NCBI GenBank assembly: GCA_013265495.1 | Contig: MU057711.1 | Coordinates: forward strand, 434,001 to 498,000 | Direction: 5' to 3' | Length of the DNA stretch: 64,000 bases | Source: Vicugna vicugna | Lineage: Eukaryota | Made by a program: the position numbers and the translations under genes | Part shown: one piece after another, positions 39,203-51,462 of the stretch | Layout: each line of letters starts with the position of its first letter | Numbering within the stretch: position 1 is the first letter of the stretch | The notes under the pieces: generated by a model | Seen by the model: the letters and a program-made list of their open reading frames with translations, nothing else | What the model was told of the DNA's origin: nothing | The model's database searches: none

Positions 39203-40221
39203 GTGGGGTCTGGAAAATGCCTGACTCCTGAGACCAGAGCATTTGGTGACGATGCCACACATACAGTCTTCCTTGGTGGGGAACAGAAATGTGAGAAATC
39301 TTAAACTATTTGAATGTGGACTTGAGAATAGGGGTCGCTGGGGTTTGTCTTTAAGTCACTGCATTCCTCTAAGCATGGTTTTACTGTCTGTTCATCTGTC
39401 TTTACTCTGTTTGAACCTTGGACTTTTCTTGAAAGAATTTCTGTGTGCATTATATTTGTTTGGGGGAGAAAATGCATTGGTTGTGGCAGGAGAAGAAGTG
39501 GGAAAACCAGAGTTCCATCCAATAGTGAGCTGAGCAAGATCAAGACCCATGAAATCCCTGGAAGGTGATTCACCTCCTCTTCCCCAAACCCAGGTCAAGA
39601 CATGGTCCCAATCCTCTGAAGAATCTGTCCTTCAAGTCAGCCAGACCTGTTTGGGGAACAGAAAGGCCTAGATAACCCCTTAATATTTGAGAAAAAAATC
39701 TGTAATTTGATTAAGACATTTTATATGCTTGCTAGCAGTTCACCTGTAGAAATGATTTGAGATTTGGGGTAAATTGCTACATTGAAAGAGTTTCTGAGCA
39801 GTGAGAAAGGACAATGTGAGCAACACTTAATTAGAAGTACAAGCTAATGGAATTGAGAGGGAGGTGGACTGAATTCATTACATTAATAATAACCTGAACT
39901 TAGGGAAAGGGAAGCAGATGGAAAGAAAGGAATGCGTGATGCATTATGTTGCATTTCTTCGGAATAAAGTGTAGTGTGCTGAAATGTACCGAGATTATCC
40001 ATCCTCTCCATCTGCTTTCATCTAAATAAATTCAGGTTTTTCACAAATGTAATGAATTTTCAGCTTGTAATTTGCTGTCTCTGGTGTACATGATGCTGGG
40101 AAACCTGTTTACTGGGAGCCCCAGGCCTGGGACCTCCACTGAGCTCCAGGGCCTCACAGAGCAGCAGTGAGGAGGTTCAAGGTCGTCCCCCTCGAAGCAT
40201 GGGTGGGATGTTCTGTCACAG

Positions 40222-40769
40222 TAATACAGGGGAAAAATGGGGTGCGTAAGGGGGATGACCGTGTCCCAGGTTTCAGTTGAGTCCTTGGGATGGGCCCTGC
40301 CAAGAGAAGTGCCTTGGCTTCACACAGGAAAGAATTCAAGAGTGAGCCACAGTTGAGTAAAAGCAGACTTCTTAGGAGAGGGGTACACTCCATAGACAGA
40401 GTGGGGGCCATCTCAGAAAGCAAAAGAGAGAGAGCGCTCGACTATGAGGTGTGGTGCTGCTAGTTTTTGTATGCTAACGCATGAGAGGATTATTCCAACT
40501 GCTTTGGGGAAGGGTTGGGGATTCCCAGGAACTGGGCCACCACCCTCTCTTTGACCTTTGACGGTTAGCCTCAGAACTGTTATGGCGCCTGTGGGAGTGC
40601 CATTCACCAGGCCAGTGCATTACAAAGTGTATAGTGAAGCACTGGAGGCCGAATCCCTCACCATCTTGGGCCTCAGGGTCTATTGGGAGTTGGCTTTTCT
40701 GTTGACTTGGTGCTAATTGCTGTGTCATTTCTTTAATGACTGTGCCCTGCCCTCTTCCCTCCTGTCTCA
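40222..40769 (-). mobile_element. ERV1-type solo LTR, copy 2 (shorter related subfamily)
   Basis: Shares gaaagaattcaagagtgagccacagttgagtaaa and the cctgtctca end with copies 1 and 3; perfect 4-bp TSD acag (40218-40221, 40770-40773). Confidence 0.88.
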
Positions 40770-40890
40770 ACAGCAGTGGCCCAGGAGGGTTGTACGTCAT
40801 AGGCTGGCAGAGAAGGACAGCGGTCTGGATTAGGGGTGAGGGTAGTGTGGTGGGAGGGATCTCTTCATCTGCTAACTTTGAGAGTGACAT

Positions 40891-41529
40891 TGACGAAGGA
40901 AAAATGGATGTGGGGTGTGAAGAGGACCATGTCCCAGGCTTCTGCTGAGCCCCTGGGATGTGCCCCTGCCAAGTGTGTGTTCTTGGCTTCATGCAGGAAA
41001 GAATTCAAGAGTGAGCCACAGTTGAGTAAAGGTAGATTTATTTAGAGAGATACATCAAAAGGCAAGAGAAAGGGCATGAAGTAAGGGGGTTGGGTGCTCT
41101 GATTAGAGTAAAAGTAGGCACACGCTCCACAGACAAAGTGCAGGCCTTAAACGGGGAGGTGAGAGAGAGAGAGGCAGCAGCCTCGAGGCACTGTGTTGCC
41201 AGTTTTTATGGGCTTGGTGGCTTCATATGGTTATAAGTGGAAGGACCAGTCTAACTAGCCTGGGGAGGGGGCTGGGATTCCCAGGAAGTTGGCCACTTCC
41301 CACTCTTTGACCTTTTGTGGCTAGCCTTGGGACTGTCACGGTGCCTGTGGGCGTTATTCACCATGTTAATGTATTACAGTGAGCATAGAATGAAGCTCAA
41401 GCTCTGCGAAAGTCAAATCTCCCACCATCTTGAGCCTCGAGGCCTACTGGGGGTTGAATCTTCCACCGTTTTGATGTTAATTGCTGTATCATTCTTTGAA
41501 TGGCTGTGCCCTGGCCCCTTCCTGTCTCA
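40891..41529 (-). mobile_element. ERV1-type solo LTR, copy 3
   Basis: tgacgaaggaaaaatggatgtg...cttcctgtctca; flanks acat/agat (4-bp TSD with one mismatch). Confidence 0.88.
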
Positions 41530-41983
41530 AGATGACAATTTGCTCCCTCCTCATTTATCACACATTTACTTCCATGTCTTTATTTGAGAGGTTTTCTCCC
41601 AGGAATTCCATCTCTCCTATTCTCCTATTCTTCAAATCTATTACTTTTAAAAACTCACTTATTTCAGTGTCTTCTTCAATTGCTCTAGAACATACAGATT
41701 TATTTCTCCTCTCCCTGAGCTCATGTTGCTTTTTTACTTGGTGAATTCAACTTTACACTTGGTTATTTAATTCCCTGCATTGTTTCTCCTGAATAAGACT
41801 GTAAGTTCCTCCTCTTTCCTGCCTCTAACACATGTTTGTTGAATATCTTCCGTTTGCTGGTTACTTCACAGGCACTGGGGATTGAGTGGTGAGCAAAGTA
41901 GCCATGCTCTTGGTCTCATGGAGCTTGAGATCTAATAAGGAATCCATGTTAAACAGTATTCACCCTAGAGAGTAGATAATTAT

Positions 41984-42503
41984 TGTGATGGTTAATTTTA
42001 TGTATTAACTTGACTGGTCTAAGGGGTGCTCTGTAACTGGTAAAACCCTATTTCTGGGTGTGTCTGTGAGGGTGTTTCCAGAAGACATTAGCATTTGAGT
42101 TGATGAATTAAATAGAGCAGAATGCCCTCCCCAGTGTGGGTGCAACTTAGCCTGTCCGATGAGGACCTGAATAGGATAAGGAAGTGAAAGAAGATATATT
42201 CTCCTCTTTCTCCGCTTGAGCTGAGACATCTATCTTCTGTTCTTAGACTTCTGCTCACTTGTTTCCAGGCCTTCAGACTCAGAGCAGTTCTTATACCATC
42301 TGCTCCCCAGTTCTCAGAACTCAGGACTCTGACTGAATTACCCCACCAGCTTTCCTGGGTCTCTAGCTTGCAGATGGCAGGTCATGGACTTCTCATCCTC
42401 CAGGACCACATGAGACAACTCTTGAATGAAATCTCCTCTTATGCTTATCTCTCTTTAAATAGCCTATTTGTTCTGTTTCTCCAGAGAACCATTGACTAAT
42501 ACA
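41984..42503 (+). mobile_element. MLT2 (ERVL) solo LTR
   Basis: tgtgatggttaattttatgt...tatttctgggtgtgtctgtgagggtgtttcc...gagaaccattgactaataca. Confidence 0.92.
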
Positions 42504-42526
42504 ATCACAGAATTTAGTAAGTGTCA

Positions 42527-43150
42527 AATTTAAGTCAATGTTATTGAGGTATAATTTTATACAATAAAATTCACACATTTTAAGTGTACAAATCAATGAC
42601 TTCTGACAAATGTAGCCACCAACCCAATTAAAATTTAGGACATTTCCATCTCCCCCAAAGTTTCCTTATACCTCTTCCCAAACTCCTTCTGCCCAAATCC
42701 TAACCACCAACCTACCACCACTGATCTGATATCTATCACTCAAGGTTATTTTTACCTTCTCTAGAATTTCACAGAAATGGAGTAATGTAGTGTATGCTCT
42801 TCTGTGTCTGGTTTCTTTTACTTAGCCTAATATCTGTGAGATTTTTCAATGTTGTGTTTTGTTCAAAAGTAATTTTGAACATGTAATTTGTTCCTTTATA
42901 TTGCAGAATATATATATAATTACATATGTATGAATGAAGATATATAAATAGTTTATTTATCAATTATTGATGGATATTTGGGCTGTTTATAGTTTTTGGC
43001 TCTTATGAATAAAGCTGCTATGAATATTTGTATTCAAGATTTTCTGTGGCATTTATTTTTATTATTATTGAATAAATACCTCAGAGTGGAATTTCTAGGT
43101 TATATGGAAAGTGTGTGTTTAAATTTATAAGAAACTACCAAGCGTTTTTT
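42527..43150 (-). mobile_element. Old L1 (L1MB/L1ME-type) 3' end
   Basis: ttattgaggtataattttatacaataaaattcacacattttaagtgtaca...tatgaataaagctgctatgaatatt. Confidence 0.85.
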
Positions 43151-44710
43151 AAATGGATCATAGACTTAAACATAAAAGTTAAAACTATAAAAATTCTAGA
43201 AGAAAACGTAGGGGAAACTCTTCATAACTTGAAATAGACAAAGATTTCTTATATATGTTATGCTTTTACACAAACTATTTTTTAAAACCTCACAAACTGG
43301 ACTTCATCAAAAGTTAAAAATGTCTGTTCTTCAAAAAAGAAAATTCCCTTAGGAATTAAGACAACTCACACATCAAGAGAAAATATATGTAAAATATATT
43401 TGGCAAAGCAGTTGCATTCAGAATATGTAAGCAATTCTCATGTTGCCTGGAAAAAAAATGCAAAACCTGTAAGTTGTGAATTATGTTTTATTTGGTGGAC
43501 TTGCTGGGGACTTAAGCCTGGGACGTGGCCTCCCAGATAGCTCTGAGGGGCTGCTCTGAAGAGGTAAAGAAGGAGCCAGGATATATAGGAGTTCAAACAA
43601 ACAAACAAACAAAAAACAGATAGTTGAACATCAAAAGATGCTAATTAAAGAAAACCAGACATCACAGGTTAATGAATTTAGCGCCTTTCTATGTATCGGA
43701 AGATGCAAGAATCTGGGCTCATTGAAATCATTCCTTTGATATGCACCTTAACTATCTAGGGCCAATATCCTGTTTTTCTCCATCCTAAATCCCCTCAAAG
43801 TGCGCTGTTGTAGGGGAGGGTGGCTGCATTGGTTGATGGCTTGATGGCCACAACATCCTTTGTTTACTGATACGGCAGGTGACATTCTTCATCTATACTT
43901 GCAATTCAGTAATAAGGAGACATGACCGAAAAAAAAAAAAAGGCAAAATATTTGAATGAACCCTATATAGGAATGACCAATAACCACATAAAAATATGCT
44001 CAATATCATTAGTCTTCAGGGAAATGCAAATTAAATCTACAGGATATACCTCTTCACATTCACTAGAAGGTGTTAAAAAGAATGAAAACCCCCAGGATTA
44101 GTGAGGATACAGAACAACAGAGTAGTGCAAACACATTGAAAACCAGCTGAGCGATATTCTGTAAAGTTAAACATGCACTTACAGTATGAACTAGTGATTC
44201 CCCAGTCAGATAACTAACTACCCAAGAGAAATAAAAACCTAATTTTCCCTTAAAGAGGGAAATGCTCAGTAGCTTTATTTATAATAGCCCAAACTGGAAT
44301 GTTCATCATCCACTGAATGGGTAAACAAATTGTGATATATCCACATTACAGAGGAACAACACTCAGCAACAAAAAAGGAGTCAGCTTCATAGACATTATG
44401 TCAAGTGGAAAAAAAATGCAAAAGAATATGTGTGATATGGTTTCATTTATATGAAACTTATATCTGAAGAGGGAAATCTAATTTATAGCAATAGATACAA
44501 GTCCATGACTTTCTTGGGCTGTGGCTTTCAAAGGGTTAACTGCAAAGAGGTAGAAGGGAACTTTCCGGGGTGATGTCAATGAACTATATCCTGATTGTGT
44601 GGTTAGATGTATATTTGGCAAATATACATTTGTCGGAGTTATTGACCTCAGTTCTTAAAATAGATGCCATCTTTCGAGTGTACATTATACCTCAATAGCA
44701 TTGATCAAAA
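43151..44710 (+). mobile_element. Old L1 (L1M) ORF2 end and 3' UTR, interrupted by an LTR
   Basis: aaatggatcatagacttaaac...aaaactataaaaattctagaagaaaac...agggaaatgcaaattaaa...ttatacctcaata. Confidence 0.85.
43441..43897 (-). mobile_element. ERV-type solo LTR nested in L1
   Basis: Interrupts the L1 text gcaattctca|...|cttgcaattcagtaataag; decayed 4-bp TSD ctca/cttg; minus-strand aataaa at about 43490. Confidence 0.75.
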
Positions 44711-45813
44711 CAAACAGGCATGGATGTGCTGGTCATGGCTGTCGCTAAGTGACTCTTCTCTCTCCCTCTCTGTCCTCCCGGGGAGAAAATGGATTCAGTA
44801 AGCTCAGCATGCATCTTTCTGTAGAGACTCGATTTCATCCTGGGGGAGCATGTTAGAGGTCTGCTGGGGTGCTGGTGATTTAGTTCTACACTATGCTGCA
44901 GAAAATGAAACAATAAGTGGATTCCATGTGACACTTGCATTTATTAGCAGAGAAACAATGGATCTGCTAAGAAAAGTGACACTCTATTATGTGGATGTCA
45001 CTTCTGATTGTCAAGTTGCAGAAAACATTCAGCTAAGTCTTCAGCTTGTTAAACCTGAAAGAGCTATTTATGTGTTTTGTATTTTCCTCATGTGTACCAT
45101 TAAGCATTCCATTTAATTTACAAAGGCAGAACAGGTTTTCTTGATGGCTTGACTCCTTTGGGATGAATGCTGAGAACTGCACTCAACATTAGTATCTATG
45201 GATCTGGGCTTCTCCATTAAGACAGTTTAAATCTTAAGCTGGAGGCCCCTAGAGTACCAGGGGCTGCAGCATAGCCAGGTTACGGTGACATGTCCCCTCA
45301 CAGGGTGTCACCACTGGACTGATGGCCCCTCCCCACAGCCGTCATTTCTCCCCTGAAAGGGATCGTGAGAGAGCTCAGCGTGCCGCCCCTTCTTTGTAGC
45401 AGATACTTGACTGTGAGCAAAGGTCTGTTTCCATGACCACCCATGCCTTTATGCCGGGGTCAGCTGTTTGGACATATGGGGAAAAGGGGAGAAATCTCAG
45501 AGGGCTGCAACTGCTGTTGGTGACTGAAAGTTGTATAATGAGCAGAGAAAGGGGCAGCAGAATAATCCACTGAATGTCCTGGGTATCTTGGAGTCCAGAA
45601 ATTTCCATCTCATAGATAGTATTAATGGACAAAACATTACTTGTAACCCATAGAAAGGTCAACTCCTTGACTTTGGAAGGGGCCCAACCTGCTTAGAGAA
45701 GGCTCAAGGGGTCCTGCCCTCTAAATGGGGTTCAGACACTGAATGATGTCAGATAAGCCACTTAGCTTTTCTGATGAAGTTTCTTCACTTATAAATTAAG
45801 CTGACTCAATGCT

Positions 45814-46302
45814 GGATAAAGAAGTTGTGGTATATTTATATAATGGAATACTACTCTGCCATAAAAATGCCATTTGCAGCAACATGGATGGACCTAGAGA
45901 TGGTCATTCTAAGTAAAATAAGCCAGAAAGAGAAAGAAAAATATCATATGATGTCACTCTTATGTGGAATCTAAAAGAAAAAAAGAGGACACTAATGAAC
46001 TCATCTACAAAAGAGAAACAGACTCACAGACATAGTAAACAATCTTATGGTTACTGGGGGAAAGTGGGTGGGAAGGGATAAATTGGGAGATTTGCAAATG
46101 TTAGCCACTATACATAAAAACAGATTTAAAAAACACAAATTTATTCTGTATAGCACAGGGAATTATATTCAATATCTTGTAATAACCTTTAATGAAAAAG
46201 AATATGAAAATGAATATACATATGTATATGCCTGACTGGGCTGTTGTGCTGTGCATCAGAAATTAACACATTGTAACTGACTATACTTCAATTAAAAAAA
46301 AA
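45814..46302 (+). mobile_element. 5'-truncated young LINE-1 3' end
   Basis: ggataaagaagttgtgg...catttgcagcaacatggatggacctagag...ctatacttcaattaaaaaaaaa; flanking repeat caatgct at 45807-45813 and 46305-46311. Confidence 0.9.
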
Positions 46303-46835
46303 CACAATGCTTATAATCAGTGGCAGCTATTTCCTCATCCTTCAGTTTGCCCATTTTGAGATGTCTCTGTCTTTGCTGACTGCCGGAATAGAAATAAAAC
46401 GTAAGTATCCCCAAAGAACCCACTCTCATGAAGAGTGTAAATGAGCAGTGCCAGATTCACCAAAGATGTGGTAAGAAGGAGAAAAGGGTATCATTGCACT
46501 TCCCACACCCAAGGAACTGGGTATATTTGAGTGAGTATAGGTGTGAGTGTATGTGTGTTTAAAGGTCCTTGCTCTTCCTTCCTGCAGTACCCAGAATCCT
46601 CACTTCTCTTCCTCCTTCTGGTGTTCCTCCCAGAATTTCCCACTTCTCTGTCCTCCAACAAGCAAAGCAATTCAGCCTACCCCCTAGCTTGTGTATCCAG
46701 ACCCTTCTAGGCACTCAACAAACTGAATAACCTCCGTGGGACTTTCTCCTTCAGACAATGGCTTGGGGACCATCTTTCATAGTTGCACATGATTTGGTGT
46801 TTCCCTCCTTTCCCATCAAATAACTTATACAAATC

Positions 46836-47000
46836 TCTATATTTCATCAACTTTAGGACCGAGATTCTTTCATATTTTACATATTTTAATGTCTGCAAAA
46901 TTGGAATGCTCCTTACAATAGAAGACATCTTAACAATTATAAATGACAATGTTTTTCTTTCTTAGCATTTTCAATTTAATTAAATATGGCATTTCCTCTA
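46836..47000. mobile_element. TcMar-Tc2 MITE remnant (MER104/Kanga-like)
   Basis: tatttcatcaactttagg...catattttaatgtctgcaaaattggaatgctccttacaatagaagacatctta resembles the recalled consensus. Confidence 0.5.
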
Positions 47001-47301
47001 GCTGAACATAGGGCTATTTCTCTCCAAGAGCAATTATTATAAGCTTATTATGTAAAATTTTCTCTAACTCAAAACAAAAGAATTTCTCAAAGTGCATGAG
47101 GTTCCAAGGTCTGGTTAACAAATTATGTGCCCAGATGTGCCCATCCCTGCTCTTGACTCATTCGTTCTTTCATGGTGGAAAGGATAGAGCCTGACAGCTA
47201 GGAATAAGGATGGGAAATGGTCTATTTATTTGTATTAACTGGGATATTGTTCAGTAGGAAGAAGTCATCAGTGGAACTGGGGACTTAACCTAAAAAAGAG
47301 A

Positions 47302-47460
47302 TGATTCTCAAAGTGTGGGCCAAAGGCTAACTACACTAAAATCACCTGACAGATTTGTTAAAAAGTGTAACTTTTGGACCACATTTCAGGTCACCCTAGT
47401 CACATCTCTGGGGGTGGTGCCCTCAAATATGTATTAGCAACAAGCTCCCCAGTGATGGGG
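47302..47460. mobile_element. MER5A-like hAT-Charlie MITE
   Basis: ttctcaaagtgtgg...aatcacctg...atctctgggggtgg...aacaagctccccagtgat. Confidence 0.75.
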
Positions 47461-47719
47461 GAGGTTAATTCAAAACTGAATTACTACTTTTGGGGAAAGC
47501 TGCATACATGTCGTAGACCAGGAATTTCCATTTCAATTCCTATGATTTAAAACTCTCAAAGGCCTTTGAAAGATGGGCACTATGTTAGCAGTAGGTAAAC
47601 TGAGGCACAAAGAGCTTAAGTAACTTCCCAAGTCATCACCTAGGAAGTGGTGGATATGAACTACCTATTCAACTGTAAGGCTTTCTGAGCCCCACCTTGT
47701 TTGCATTGAACACAGAACA

Positions 47720-48335
47720 TAATTTACACAACCTTTTTGGAACAATTTGACAAAATCTATTGAGTTAACATGCCTATTCCCTTTACCCAGAAATTCCATA
47801 TGAAGGGTTTATACTACAGAAATACTCAAGCATTAGCACACAGACACTCTCACACACACATACACACACAAGTATTCAATGCAGCATTACTTGTAATTAT
47901 AAAAAAATTCAGAAATAAACTATAGGCCCATCAATAGGGAGAAAGTCAAATTATAATACTTCCTTTCTATGAAATACTATGTAGCAGTAAAAAAAATAAT
48001 GTACTTCTACATATAACAGTATGGAAAGGTCTTTAGGACATACGATTCATATAAAAAGTAAATTTAGGTACAAAAATGTAGAGGAGAATGCTATTTCTGT
48101 AAAACAGGAAGGACTTTTATATGTTTATATTACAAATGTGAAGACTAAGAAAAATACCTTGAAAGTTCTATACTAAATTACAAATAGTGGTTATCTGGTA
48201 GGTAACCATTTGAAGTGGATGGGGGTGGAATGTAGGGTTGAAGGTCACTTTTAACATTTATTCTTATTTCTACATTGTATTAATTTTTACCATGAGAATT
48301 CGGGTGATACATAAAATTTTAAATTAAAAAGAAAG
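47720..48335 (+). mobile_element. Ancient L1ME-type 3' fragment
   Basis: acaacctttttggaacaatttgacaaaatctat...tattcaatgcagcattacttgtaat...gaaatactatgtagcagtaaaaa. Confidence 0.7.
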
Positions 48336-49249
48336 CAAAACGTATGGTCAGCTGCTTATACACTCCTTTTCAACCCTGAGGTTGAAAAGTGTACAAAAAT
48401 GGCTGAGGCTGTAGGTTCTGCAAAATCTTTGTTGTTTCTTGCTATGAATTATGTACTCTGCCTAATGGGTAGTTTTTTTTAATCTTAAATTGGAACTGTG
48501 AAGTATAAAAATATAACTCAGCAAAATCTGTAAGTGTAACCTGTGTTATAGAAACACGGCTATTAACGGTGATGTTGGGCTTGTTGGAAACTAGTCATAT
48601 TTCATTTTACGCATAGTCGCTCCCAAGTTTTAATAAAGAGCCCATAATATCTGCTATTTACCGAGGGAATTTCAGAAAGCTCATCAAAATGTATACAGAA
48701 GAACAAAGATGAACTGCATGCAATGAACTGCCACGTTCTTCTTGGTGTATTAATGAAAAATGACAACTTTACTGAAAATCACTGTCCCTTGTGTCTTTTT
48801 TCTGTTTTGAAAAGCCAAAATTGGCTCATAGCAGAGTGTTTTCAATACAGGTGCCATTAGTCTTGAAGAGGGCTTTAAAAGATGCCTATAAATTGCAGGC
48901 TTTGTGGTATAAATCACTGAATTCTCAATAAAGGTAGGCTTACTGAGGGAATGTGGCAGGGATGACTTACCCTGGGCAAGCAGATGAGCCATGGGTTTTC
49001 GTTATTTTCAACACTAATAACTCATCTGGTCCTCCTCCATGGGTTGTCTCACTGGTTTTATTCCTTTACCATATCGTCCAGTTGGATCAGCTGACTACAG
49101 GCAATGGAATATACTCACTAACAAGCTGTGTGACACTGAATCGGTCATGCACTCACTTTGAATCTCATTTCCACATTTGTAAAATGAAAGAGTTGCCCAA
49201 GATAATCAAGCATGTCTTCATCCTAAATTTGAGAATTTGTAGCTTCTCC

Positions 49250-49646
49250 TGTACAGTAATCCATGGTAAAGGTCTTTTCCCATGTCTCTGGGTCTGCCTG
49301 GCCCTTAGTCTTGCTTTAACAAATAGAATGTGATGGAACTGACATTGTGCTAGCTCTAAGCCTAAGTCTCAAGAGATCCTGCATGCTTCCACTGTGTCTT
49401 TTGGAACCCTGCTAGCTTCCATGAGGACAAGCCCAAGGTAGTCCCCAGGAGGATGGGAGACCACATGGAGCAGAGATGAGTCAACCTAGCATGGCCTACA
49501 TAAACAAGCTCACCCAGCATAGAAGAACCACCCAGCTGAGCACATCTTAAATGGCCAGTCTGCTGAACTATGAGTTAATAAATGGTTATTGTTTTCAGCC
49601 GATATATTAGGGATTGTTTGTTACGCAGCAAAAATTAATTAGTGCA
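49250..49646 (+). mobile_element. MaLR LTR (MLT1H/G-like)
   Basis: ttgctttaacaaatagaatgtgatggaactgac...ataaatggttattgttttcagcc...gtttgttacgcagca. Confidence 0.75.
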
Positions 49647-50132
49647 ATGGTGGATGTAGAAACAAATAGAAATAGTGTGAAGATACTGGGGGAAGGTCAT
49701 ATTCTATGGTTTTTCAGTGCAGGGAATAGTAATTTCTAACATTTATCAAGTAGAAAACTGTCAGAATAAAAAGAAGTCTCCCTGAAGATCAAAAAAACAG
49801 ATGAGAAAATGTTTTTGATGAGGAGGTGATAAAATATACACTCATACATTTTTGTGGGGCTTATCAATTGGTATGACATCTTTGGAGGATAATATGGCAA
49901 TACCCACCCCTTTCAATGCATATACCAATTTCTCCAGCGATTACTAGGAATTTATCCCACAGATATAGTTCACAAGTGATAAATGTGAAAACATGTTTAA
50001 TGAAGCAAAAAAATTAGAAACAATGTAAATTTAAGAAAGATGTGGTTAAATAAATCATGCACTATTTATATAGTGAAATAGTAACCAAATGTTAAAATAC
50101 ATACATACTGATACAAAAAAATGATTAATCTG

Positions 50133-50505
50133 TGTTTTGGACTGAATGTTTGTGTCTGCCTAGATTTCATATGTTGAAATCTAATCCCCGTTGTGATGGT
50201 TTGGAGTTGAGGGTTTTGGGAGGTAATTAGGTCATGAGGGTGGAGCCCACATGATGGGATTAATGCCCTTATAAGAAGAGATTCCAAAGAGTTTGTTTCC
50301 TTTCTCTCTGCCCTCTGCCATGTGCAGATACAAGGAGAAGACAGCCATCTTCAAACCTGGAAGTGGGCTCTCACCAGACACTGAATCTTCTGGCACCTTG
50401 ATCTTGAACTTCCCGGTCTCCAGAACTGTGAGAAATTAATGTTTGTTGCTTAAGCTGCCTAATCTATGGTGCATTTGTTACAGCGTATCAAATTGACTTA
50501 GGGCA
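50133..50505 (+). mobile_element. MLT1A0-like MaLR solo LTR inserted in an old L1ME fragment (about 49800-50600)
   Basis: ggactgaatgtttgtgtc...ggtcatgagggtggagccc; perfect 5-bp TSD atctg at 50128-50132 and 50506-50510. Confidence 0.92.
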
Positions 50506-50949
50506 ATCTGTAAGGTATATTGTTGGATGAAAAACAAGTTGAACACTGTAGTTTGTTCCCAGATAAGTCAACATTCATATATGTACACACAAGTATAAAG
50601 AGGAATTTACCCCATGAAATAGTGGGGTAGAGTCCTGGAGTTGGAATTTCCTTTAACATTTAAGTCTAATTCACCAACTGGTGGAGACATTAACACTGTG
50701 ACCTTCTGTCATTCATCCTGGTCTAGCAGAATATCTTATTGATGAATTGCTGTGTACTAAGGGTACCTCAAAAGAGCTGTTCCAGAATCCTCTCCTAAAA
50801 CTCAAGAACTCCTGGCATGGGGAAAATGTTAAGTTGTCATCAGCAAAAGACTTTCATCTACCCAAGAGCAAGGGACTTGGGATGGATGCCTAAGAAGGAC
50901 AGGGTATCCACATCACGTCCACTTGGCCCACATATGATTTCAGCTCTAA

Positions 50950-51347
50950 TTCTGGTGGTCAGATCTATACACACAGACAGCATTTCCCTCAAAGGCCAGC
51001 TGAATCAATCTATCAGCTTCCTTGCCTTGAGGGTCTCCTCCAAAGCTGGGGGCCCCCTCTCAGCTCACAAGTAGGTACAGCCCGGAAGTGCAGGGGATTA
51101 ATGCCCATCCTTTGAATGCACGATACTGATGCACCTTCTACATAGCAACTCAAAGACTCTCCAGCAGGATTGAACCCAGTTGCCTGCAGCAGAAACTGGC
51201 TCAATAACATGCTTTGTGCTAGCTCTACCCTCCTTCCTTGAATCGCTTTCCCCTCTCCCTCACTCCCATTTACTAGAATCACCTTGAAATAAATTACCTG
51301 CACTCAAGTCTTTGCTTCAGGTTCTAATTTGGAGACAAACCAATACA
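50950..51347 (+). mobile_element. ERVL LTR (LTR16-like)
   Basis: cagcccggaagtgcaggggattaatgccc...aaataaattacctgcactcaagtctttgcttcagg. Confidence 0.65.
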
Positions 51348-51419
51348 CTTATTAAACTTTTCTGAGCTTTGATTTTTTTTTTATTAGTAAGGGAAATGTG
51401 TATATATACACATACACAG

Positions 51420-51422
<3 letters not shown>

Positions 51423-51454
<32 letters not shown>
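51423..51454. repeat. (CA)n microsatellite within a TA/CA-rich tract
   Basis: Direct reading. Confidence 0.95.

Positions 51455-51462
<8 letters not shown>

Noticed and set aside
39240..39262. Possible tRNA primer-binding site (tttggtgacgatgcc)
   Set aside because: Only about 7 nt resemble a tRNA 3'-end complement and it is not adjacent to a clear LTR end.
38539..41529. LTR copies 1 and 3 as the two ends of one provirus
   Set aside because: No primer-binding site after copy 3, no polypurine tract before copy 1, outer flanks (ttac/agat) do not match, copy 3 has its own near-TSD, and no gag/pol remnant is visible.
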